Part shown: piece after piece, positions 1 to 12,000 of the stretch | Layout of the letters: each line of letters opens with the position of its first letter | Position numbering within the stretch: position 1 is the first letter of the stretch | Source: Antedon mediterranea | Lineage: Eukaryota; Animalia; Echinodermata | Reading direction: 5' to 3' | Assembly (NCBI RefSeq): GCF_964355755.1 | Contig: NC_092672.1 | Span: forward strand, 36,896,437 to 36,960,436 | DNA: 64,000 bases | Translations under genes and position numbers: made by a program | Notes under the pieces: generated by a model | The model's input: only the letters and a program-made list of their open reading frames with translations | What the model was told of the DNA's origin: nothing | Database searches by the model: none

Positions 1-1
1 G

Positions 2-3000
2 GGGAATGAGTCCGGTACTAGCCCGCCCCTTTCAACATTCAGACCTGCTGGAGTTGTACAAAGAAAGAAGCCCCCCGTTGTACCCCCAAGAAGAGATTCT
101 AGCCGTAATTCACGCGACTTTGAAACTGTAAACGTGAAACCTAATTCGCGTCCTCAAAGTTTCCAAGGTCCCCCCATCGTTGAGAAACCAGAAACGGATT
201 CAGATGATGATTCCGATGATTATGAACAGATCTACGAGAACATAGATTTCCTGAAGAATCCGAAAGCATTCGGGCTTGGGTATATTGGGTGTATTAAAGT
301 ACCGTCGCCCGAACCGGTTCGTCGCTTAATCGACGAAGACACAGACTATGAAAATGAAAATTTTGATGATGATTTGGCACACCATCGAGTCAGTCGTCAG
401 CATAGTATAGAAGGCATGAGCGTGAATGAGCTTTTAACGAGCGGTGAGCATGCACCGACGAAACTCTCTAAAATTTTTATTGAAGAGGATGTGATATCTG
501 AGGTGTCCAACAGCATTGAGGATACCTACTCAAAGGCAGACTCAGGTAAGTTGATGACAATTCATTTTGACGAAAGGTGCATTTATTTTTATTTAGGTAA
601 TGTTCTAGATGTGGTACTCTATATCCATATCAAGTTGGTTGTTCAAGTTATTCGTCAGAGGTTTGTGATCCTAAAGTTGTTTCGACAACACTTTCAGAAA
701 GCATTCCATACTTTATCTTTTTGTATTTATTTTACATACAACAATGTTGCTTAGTTCAGTAATTTGCTTTTGGATTTGATTTATAAATGTTCAGAATTAC
801 TACGTAAGGAATCCAGATTAATAAATGACATATAAATGGAAATGTAATGAACAAATGTAAGTTAAAAAATGCTATATTAAATTAAAGGTTTATTGAATTT
901 TTCTAGACTACAGTATTTAAAGAAATGTACCCATATTTTATTTTGAACAATTTTAACAGTGTGTTGAGAAATGATTTTCTGACAATTAAAAAATTTGAAT
1001 ATTCATTAAATTGTGAATGATGAGAGAAATTGCACAAAGTAGATCTTTATTAGTGACAATATAAGAACTAAACCTATTTGGATTATGGTTTACGGAAGTC
1101 CTTAATTGACGTCAACGGAACTACTTCTTTGTCCCTCATACACAATAGGACCTACCTGACTAACCTCTAGCCTATCGTAACTGCATTTAAAACCCATTTG
1201 AAAACACATTATTTTAACACATTCCAGTAACTAATTGTAAATACAAACACATTATACATTAATATTCTACATATTTGCTATAATTTTTTTTTACCAAGTA
1301 ACAAAATTTTTTTCCAAACTTTTATTTTAGTACTAAATTTGTCAGACATTTTTTCGGGTAGTATAATCAGTGACACCTTATATTAGCCTACAATACCATT
1401 TAAGGTCATTAAACAGATTGCAAGGTCATCATTTATGAATTGATTTTGATGGTTTTTTTTCACCTAAACACAAATAAATTGTTGTAATGTACCTATTATA
1501 TAGTTATTATTTCACATAACCAAACTCTTACATACAGTAGAATCATGATTCAATATTTTAAACTTTGACTCAGTGTTTTTAACTGGTTGGGGCATAAAAG
1601 TTGACAGTACTGTACATACTTGTAAACTACTTTTGGCATTGTCACTGAAGCTATCATAACATGGATTGGTTTGTAAGCATGTGCATATATTATTCTTTTT
1701 TGACCAGCCAGTTGGCTAGCTCAGTAGCATATGAATAATTTAATGATAGTAGGGCCTGTACAGTAATCCTTGTTTTTCTTGTTAGGTACTGTACCAGTAC
1801 ATATTCTGTTTCTTGGTCATCATCGATTTAACAATTAAAATTAATGATTGTTTAGATTCTATCGTGACGTTATGGGCAAATAATAATTATTATCATCACT
1901 ACTTCCTTCTTATTTTGAATCACACTTTTTCCATGATTCTTTTTGGAAATTGGACAATAACCACATGGACAATAACGATTAGGACAATTTTTGATTGATG
2001 GATGCCTCAATTATTATAAGAGCCAAGAAACAATATGATATATACATAATAAAACAGCAGTTTATTTGTCTTAAAATGATCTCTATATTTGATTTTAAAA
2101 AGTCATTACTAGTTTTAATAGTTATAATTTATTTTGTGCCTACAGTAGTACTTTTATTTAAATTTGCCCCATTAAATCCAACCGGACAGCCTTTTAAAAC
2201 TTAAGTTAAGGGATGATTGATGAGAGATTTATCCATTGATGTTCCACAAATTTTATAATCACATATTTGTAAAATTATTATTTAATTTTTTTTTTAAATT
2301 TATTATTTAATTATTATTATTTAAAATACAGAATGTCATATTGGCAAATCCTGCCCTTTGAGTGGGATAATCTAAATATACATAATACCATCATTTCTTT
2401 TAATAGTGGGATTTCATCAGAGTAATAATGTGTATAAAAAGCAATTTCAAATTTGTTTTTTCTTTTCTCAAACTATTATTTTGTTTCTATTCATATATTC
2501 CTGCCTTTCAGCTAAGGAACGCACGGAAGGATTGCGCCACAGAAGTAAACGAAATTGTGGTAGATTTAAATTTGGTAAATTTATTGAATAAAATGTTCAC
2601 TTCATTTCTTTCTATTGGTATCTTGCATGTCAGTTGTCTTTATATAATCACTAAACTACCTAAACTGTACATTTTTGGTTCACTATAGGCCTAATGCAAA
2701 CTGGTGATGGTAAAATAATATTGAAACTAGTATTTAATACGATTTTAAACGGAAAATAGTTGGTTTCTTATTCAGTCATATTTTAGTAAATTCATGCATG
2801 CCTGTCATTGGTTCATTCAATGCTTAAAAGTTTTGATATTTAAACTATAATTGATATGTCATTCTTATATTTTGCTTAATCCAGTCTTTAAGCGCTTCAA
2901 CTTTATTTTAAACTTTAATAAACTTGGGAGAGAGGAAACATCAATAATAACTCAAGCTAGGTGAAAAGTTTAAAACAAATTTTATAGCCATTATTATTCA

Positions 3001-6000
3001 ATAATATTAGATAAAAAAAATTGCTTAATCTTACAGATCTTGTAGACAAGGATCTGTTTAATTTTATCTACCAAAATTTAAATACAAAAAGTGTTTATCC
3101 ATGGTGTTGTTTGCTATAGTACTGTACCTACTAGTATTATTAGACATTAAATATGAACACGGAACTACAGTGCAACAAGGACCTAGACATAAAACCACAA
3201 TTTCTATATGATATTCATTCTTTTTCTCTTCTGAGTTTCTGGTCGAATTAACACTCACTACAGTATGAAATAATTTGTGGCATTACAGTATTACCATACT
3301 GAAAATACTGTATTATCAAACTATTGTTATATAAATCTTATCTAAAGAATGTGTTTACTAACAAAGGGACTATTGACTGGTTCCACGTGTCATGCATCAC
3401 CTTCCCCCCCCCCCCCCTCCTTCCTTCTCTCCCCCAACTATTTCTCTCTCCTTCTCCGATTCCCAATATTAAAACAAAATTATATACAGTATTTACAGTA
3501 GATATTTTAATTTTTAGTAAGTCTGTGTTTCTTTCAAGGTCTTTTATGTATGATTTGACTTGGTATGGGTCAACAGATATGTACAATGAAATGTACGATG
3601 AACGTACAATGAACGTACCGTACCATTCTTGCTCTATGCTGCTTTTATCTATGTTCATTTTATAACCCATGCCTGAAAAGAATTTGTATTTGTTAATGCA
3701 AAGTATTAACTGATAGTGAATTTAGACTAACACCCTGATAGGGTTCCCAGTATTGTAGGCCTATTTTAGCAGCCTTAAAGCCGGATTGTTATATAGTACT
3801 AAAGCTCTGTCTACACTATCAAACTAGTTTGGCAAAAAAAGTAAGATGTGCCCAAATTTGGAAGTGATGTGCCCAAATATGGTAGTGATATGACATCGCC
3901 ATGTCCATATATGGGCACATCACATTTTGTCACATAAAGTTTGATAGTGTTGACAAGGCTTTAGAGAGGGGAGGGGATTGCGGGAGGTCTTTTTCTCATA
4001 AAGGTGTGAGCAAAGAAAGCACTAGAGAAGGTAGGCCTACTATACTTTGTTTAAAAGGTGGCATATAAAGAAAAAGGGGGTTTTGTTCAAACTCTACAAA
4101 CTTCTGGCTATTGATTTTACATACATTTTTAATCACTGCAACACCTCCCACTAACTTTAATTGTCACTTCCAAATTACTTCACTTTATATGTGTCAACCA
4201 AACTATGAAAGATCTCACTATTACAATTTGCATACTGGTATATTATTATTTGTATTGTGCTATAAAATATTTATCATATGTTACATTATGAACTCAAAAG
4301 ACATGGGTGGGTATTAAAAAGAAGTACATACAGTACACTACACATTTTGATGCATGGACAATTCTAAATTAACCCACAAACAATACACAAAGACTTTTTT
4401 TGTATTAATAAATGCATGAACTATCACACGATTACATTTATCACTAATTAATGACTGTATAACAAAATAATTCTTTGTTACTTCACTTTATTTCACTTTC
4501 GTATGCATTTGTTGTGGAAGAATTAATGTACCGTTTGATGTACAATTTGGTTTAGTTAGTATCCGTTTTATATACTAAATAGGCTTGTCATTATTATCCA
4601 TAGGAAGGTATACTATAGGATCTATACATGCACAAGGACGCTTTGGTTAGAAACATCCGGTAGTGAGTCCAAAGTCCTCTCCTTGGTTTATGATATTATG
4701 AATCAGTCAAACACAATAAAAACAAATTCTAAACATCAAGAAGTAAACATGTTTTATTGGTATAATTACAGTAATTACTCCATTTTATTTTTAGAGTCAG
4801 TTTCTGTCTTTGTTAAAGACACACTTTGAATAAAAAATTGGTATGGGAAATTATTGTTTCTTTCGTTTCTCTGGCCCACGATACAATACAATTTAACATA
4901 TTTTTGCTTCATATACAGTATATTTATTGTATCCGTTTTCTGTTTCACCTTTAAATGACAACTTACAGTGCTGTTGCCTGGTTTTGATGAAATAAAAAGA
5001 AAAAAAATATACATAATATATATAAGTGTAATAGTGGGTCTATATTATATTATTACATTTGCATGAAATTGATTATTTCCATGCTAAGGTTATGTCCCAA
5101 AATATGTATATTTTGTCAATTCAAAATAAACATTTATTGACATATTGTATGATGGAGTACAGTATGACGTCATGAACAATGTTTCTAATAAATGACAATA
5201 ACAAGAATCCAACATTCAGTAGTTCTATCTTTCATTAGAGAATAATCGTTTGAAGTCACCATCCATTATTATAACATCTTTTATTTTGGCATAAAATATT
5301 TCAAAATGATTTTGTATCAGTGAATATTTATGCTATTAATAAGCTATACCATTATATTAATACCAGTAGATGACTTGTATGACTCATTTCTAGGTGTAAC
5401 CCTATATCTTATACCTGATCTCAGTAATAGTACCACGCTGTTCTACCAATGTCATGTTCATTCCAACTAGGCCAAATAACGAGTTTAAGTTCTAATTTGG
5501 CTTTTTACCTTGCGGCAACATTAATTATAGATAGAAAGTAATAACAATATTTATGTTTGTGAGTCTATGGTAGTTACAGCTTTATTATCTATAAATAGGC
5601 CTTATTTTCTTTTAATTTGTTATCATAATTGATATCAATCATAATTATAATGATGTCTAATGATTTTAAATTATAACAGAAATCATCTAACAAGAATTGT
5701 ATTATTAATATTATTTATGCATAAAATAAATATAAGAATCTCTTCTTTTCATCCACACTATCACTTAAGAAGTCATTATCAATCGTCTGCATGATAAATA
5801 ATACTCACCTCCAATTCCCTCTGCACAAAGTAAACAAGACCCAAGGGGTTGCATAATAAAACTGATACAGTAATAACTTATAAACCATTTTGATTCATGT
5901 TCAATTTATCTATCATTAAACTAAAGGTGCAAAGTTTGGAATGTAAAAAAAAAATAAAAAATTCATCAATTTGATTGTGATTGTGTTTTCAGTTAAAAAG

Positions 6001-9000
6001 ACATGAACAAAATTAAGTGCTTTAAATATTAATTTGCATACAGATAAAGCAAATTGAAATTATTTTTAACGATGAAATATTAAAAAACTATTGCTTAAAA
6101 TTGATTTTTAATGTCAGACTGTGTTGTCTAGTTTCGAATTCTTTTTCTAGATACTGTGTAATAATGTATTTTTTTCTATTTTACCAATCTTCAGTCTTGC
6201 TTGCTTCCAACCCTAAATACTCAAACCTCAACAATTTTTAGTCTGGTCTGATATTTTTGACGATTTTATCTAAATAACAATTTTATCATATTAAGAGATG
6301 TTTACTATATAACTTTAAAATAACATTTTATGACAAAAATTTGTTCTTGAGAATGGTTTTACATGATGGTTCCGAAACGTTTATCTTTTTTGTCATTATT
6401 AAAATTTTATCTGACATTTATTTAAATCATATTTTGTTGACAGATTCAAATTCAGGTGATTCTGGAATGTGTGGCAATTCACCTGAAGAGACAAAGATGA
6501 TAAAGTTTGAAGAGACCCCCAAACAAAGACCAAAAGAGTTCCCTTGTGATGTCAAAGGGTCTAAAAATAATTCTGACGATTCGACATGTGACCTTTTGCA
6601 AATCGATCAAGCGGTGAGGTTTTTATAGTTATTGAATTTTTTCTTTATTTTACAGCCGTTTAGTGGGAATATTACTCATTTTTTCTATTCTCGTTTTCTG
6701 TTGTAATATAGGAATTCAGTATTATTTGGATGGATTCCTATAAAAAATATGAAATTTGCTCAATTCTAAAATTGCAATATATATTTGCATGTTTGTGACC
6801 TAATACTGTATAACTTGTTTGTGTTCTATAGTAGTAATGGCTACTCGTCAAATAGTAATGTACGCACAGGTTAACTATGCACAGCCATGTGGTACATCAG
6901 TTGGGGTTCAGGATCTATAATCCTTTTGAATTCAAACATTATTTTCTTTAGAATAATCAAGAGCTAGCTAGGAACTAATCTTTATTATAAGTATGGTGAA
7001 TTCTAATGAGGCAATACCTTTTACCACATTAACATTTGTTATTACTTAAAATTTTGGAAATTTTGATGACAGTTTTATGTTCTTAAAATGTGCTTTATGG
7101 TTTTTAATGACAACCATACTACACTCTGTAGTATGTGTCAAATTGTGGTCAAACAAGTGGTTTTGTGACTTTGTACAAACACTTGACCCATTCAAATTTT
7201 ATCTAATACGTTTAGCAATTATATTATGAACTTTGTAATATATTCGGTAATGTACTAATAATATTATTGAGAGCTTGCTTATATGCACTATATAAGAATG
7301 AACTATTGTTATATTTGATCATGATTAAATAATAAAGTTTTTTAGAAGATGGTTTTTTTTCAAACAAAGAAAACCATTTTTTGTAGTTTATATTAATTCA
7401 TAGTGATGATTGATGATACAGAACACTAAATATACTGTCATGAGGAATTTTCCCGAAAGATCGAAATCAAAATGATTCTGGGTTTGGTCTACTAATGTTT
7501 CTGCTCCCAAAACTGTAGTTGATCATACCCAGTACCACTTTGATTATACGATCATTCGAGAAAACACCTCAGGAAATTTCCTCATGATGTTGATGTTGAT
7601 TACTGTATTTTTTAGCTATTGAAGAAGTATTCCACACCTGATGTTGAAGATTTAAACTTACGACGTATAATATTAGGCACAGTACTGGACAGCGAGAAAA
7701 ACTACGTTACAACAATGGAGTCTGTTCTTACAGTAAGTTTTAAGTTTGAACTTTTCTCCTGTAACAAATTAAGTAAGTAACAATAGCACTTTAAGTTCGC
7801 ATCTCTCAGTATACTCTCAGACACCAATTGATCATTGTATGCATTGTGCACTGGATATCTGTATATTTGTATTGGTTAGATTATTTATACAAGCTGTTTA
7901 ATAACAAGGAAATTAACATGTTTTTTATTCTTAAAACGGTTTTTATCATTTTAGCCAGCCCCAAAAGCAAACAGAAGCATAGAAACAGACCAGCTCTCTC
8001 GAGTGGAAACTTAAGGGGCCTTTCTACTGTTCAAATCTTTATTTCCTTATACACAAGTCAACATATTTTGTACAATTTAGTTTTTAATTTTTCAGAAATT
8101 CATTCAAATTTGTTTTTGACATAAATATGCAAAGAATTAGTCTTGATTTTTGGGTGCAAACTGATTGAGTGATAAAAATAGCATTAGTCTGTGTTTATGA
8201 AATTTGTTAAGCACCCAAGTCTAATTCGAAATAGAATAAAAAGATTCTGTGATATAATTGATAGCCTTATCAATCAAATACTATAATAAAAACAAACAGA
8301 ATCCCATCTACAGTGGTTTTCTTGTGAATATAAGTTCAACTAGTCAAGTACTTTTAACCACATTGGTAAACCACAAGCAATGGTTCCATATGGACTTGTT
8401 CCATGTACTTTGTCCTCCATTCTACTGATAAACCACAATCATATGTCTACCTTTTTTTCAATTTCAATGTATTATATTTGTTATTTAAAATATATTTGTA
8501 TAGTTTCTCAAAGTACATTAGTCAGAAAAAAAAATTTAGAAAAAAAAGAAATAAATTTAAATAAAGGAGGAGTAACATTAAAAAGTGGTTTGATCCGCCT
8601 TATTCGAAAAAACCTTAACATTTAATTTTTAGCTGTACATTTAATTTGCTCCACACTTGATTTGGCACAAATTGTAAAACAGGATTCTCTTTCACGTGAA
8701 AAACCAGTTTATCTGATTTTATCATTTACAATGACGTAATTCAGAAGATTGTGTTTTAGAAAGAGAAAATAAAAATGTCTGCAAAACGATACGCCAGTGT
8801 AATTATTTTCCATTTTGAATCAAATCAATATCCAATCTTGAAGTGTGGGCCTTTTAGGTTTTGGAATCAATAGGGCCGACATTTATTAAAAAAGGAGTTT
8901 TGTTTGGTTAAATATTATAAAATAAAAAAAAAAAATTGATTAGTCAAACTACCAATTGCAATATTGTGTAAGGTTACACCCTTGAAATAATTAGTCTTTT

Positions 9001-12000
9001 TATAGATAATAATTTAATTAGCATTTTAATGCTAACGTTTTATTGGCTATTATTAGTTGGACCTTTGGACCATCAATCAACATTTTAGCAACATTTTACC
9101 AAGAAATGAGAGTTACTATAACCTCTATAGCAATCAACTAATATTCATCAAAATGTTGTTATTTCCACACTTTTACTACCTGTACAGTACCTCCCTATTT
9201 AAAAATAATATTTGTATACTAACATAAATACTGTATGATATTTCACAGCAGGTGACATTAAATGAAAAACAATTATCAAAACAATTTTTTTATTTTGATA
9301 AAATTAACTTGTGATTAATGATGCTAGAAGGTTGTTTGACTAATTAAACATCAAAATAACTCTTCACCTTCACAATTTACTCAACATCTCCTTGAAACTC
9401 TTAAATCTGACATGACCTTTTATTTATAAACTCACATCTATATTTAGTATCACAACATATGGAGAGAACTATTATGTTTTTTATTGATGATTTCATTATT
9501 ATTATTAATGAGCTAGGTGATAAGACAAAGTTAACAACAGGTCCCAGAGGAAGGTACAGTAGTGTTTAGATTCACTTTGTGAAAGAGACACATGATTTTA
9601 ATAAACAATCTAGTATTAAAACAAAAAAATATCTGTCTGTTACGAGATTTATCTGCCTGTTTATAGTAATAACAATAATGATATTGATTTGGATCAACAC
9701 TTTTTTAACAGATGCGCAGATGGTGAGTTAATACAATAACAACATTTGAACAACAAAATTACTTAAAACTAGAACCAACAAATTAAAACAATATACAGTA
9801 GCTTTAAATTATGTTTCTTTTTCTCTTTTTCAGCTAATGAAAGTGTTTAGTGGTAATATGAACACATCTCAACCAATTCTGTCATCTGAGGACTACAGTT
9901 GCTTGTTTTACAAAATAGCAGAACTTTGTCAGATCCATCAGGAGTTCAGAAATAATCTGGAAGCACGTCTCAAAAACTGGACACCAGATCAAACATTCAG
10001 TGATTTATTCCAATTTTTGGTTTGTAATATTGTAGATTTCTTTACTGCCATAAAGCCTCCTCTACACTATCAAACTTTATGTGACAAAAAAAATGTGATG
10101 TGGTCATATATGGACATGATAATGTCATATCACTAACCATATTTGAGCACATCACACTAGTTTGATAGTGTAGACAGAGCTTTACTTTTTGTAAATATAT
10201 TTTCACCAGTTTTATCAACCTCAGTTTGAACAATCATTACAAGTAGTTATCATTCTATTTATCTATATTTATTCTATTTTGTGTCTAGCTTACCTGGATA
10301 AACTGACATAGGCTTTCTCCCCCTCGAAGAGAGAACATAACTCGAAAATTAAAAACATTTCCCTCCAAGCCAGTGGTATTGTCCGTGTACCCTGCCCTCA
10401 TGTGTCCATTTACCTAGCATATAAGTAATTTCTTCCTAATTTTGTTTGTGTGTGTTTTCCATAGGACAAGCACATGTACTTGCATGAGGAGTATGCCAGC
10501 AATTACCCAAGGTCAATAAGTGTATTGGAAAGATGTCGTAGGGAAATTCCGCAATTTAACAAAATCGCTACAAATATCAAGATGCCGACGGGTGAAACAG
10601 CAACTCTTGAATGTAAGAAAATCTTTTTCTGTTAACCTCTGTCCACACTATCTAACTAGTTTGACAAACAAAACTATGTCACGTGTCCATATATAGGCAC
10701 ATCTCATTTTTTTTTGTCAACTAAAGTTTAATAATTTTGACAGAGCTTATTATAGTTATACTTATTATCATAATTATTGTTTTCATCAGATTTCTTTTCT
10801 TATAATTCAGTATTTTCATTAAGAATAAACCTTTGTCAACAATACAATCTCCATTTAATTTGAATATTATTATTCCAATTTTTCACCACATTATTTTCTT
10901 GATTATCATAATCAAATACAGAGATAGCCATTGATATTGACATTATGTCTATTTCGTCATATATATAATTATATTAATTCACGCTTAAGAAGCACTGCCA
11001 GAGTTATTATAATTATTCAAGTCTATTACATTTCAGTTGTATCTCATTCCTTATTTATCACAGCAAGGAATTATAATTAATGTCTTCCTGTTTTAAATAA
11101 AATGAACTAGCATTTTCCGTCCGGTAAAAGCCGCAGGGATATCAATATGGATTATCTGTCATAACATAATAAACCTTTCAAATTTTTAAGATATATTAAG
11201 TAATTTGCTTAAAAACAAGTTGTTACCAAAAGATTTTTTTTATGTCTTTTTACTTTATGAGACTTAAAGTAAGGAAGAGAACTGATTATGTATTCTTAGG
11301 CCTTACACTACATAAAACAATTATACATCCAGCTAACTTGATTACAATAACTCAAACCTTTTGAAAATGTGTTTGAAATAGTAGGGGTATCCAACAAATA
11401 AAATATAGTGAGTTGAACTAATAGCTTATTTAATTGTGCTTAATGATTCTTTTTTATAAGGATACTTGTTTTAGGCCTATTATACACCCATTTTAATATG
11501 GCACTTACGATAGCTGAGTATTAGTTCTAAGAGATTTAGTATACAAGGTGCCACGATTACCAGATAACATAGATGTAAAAATAAGAAAACTATTTTGATT
11601 GTCTTTCTGTTTTGCTGTGTAATTTGTTAAACACATGTACTGTAGTAGTTAGGTTTATTAGTCTATCATGTCTTTCCTTCCTGGAGACTTGTGTACATTG
11701 TTAGTCATTTTACCTGTCATCTTTATAATACTCTTTTGTTTATAGATCAGTGGCCGCCGTATTCATCAAACACACTTAAGTGAGATATTAACCTTAAATA
11801 TTAAGTATTTTACTTAACTCAATAATAGTATTTCCCTTAAATTGTATTCATTTAGATAGGAGATTTTTTTAATTTTAAGGTTAAGTGTTTTCCTTAAAAT
11901 CTGTCTACACTATCAGACTATTTTAACAAAAAGTGTGATGTGCCCAAATATGGTAGTGATATGCCCAAATATGGTAGTGATATGACATCATCACGTCTAT

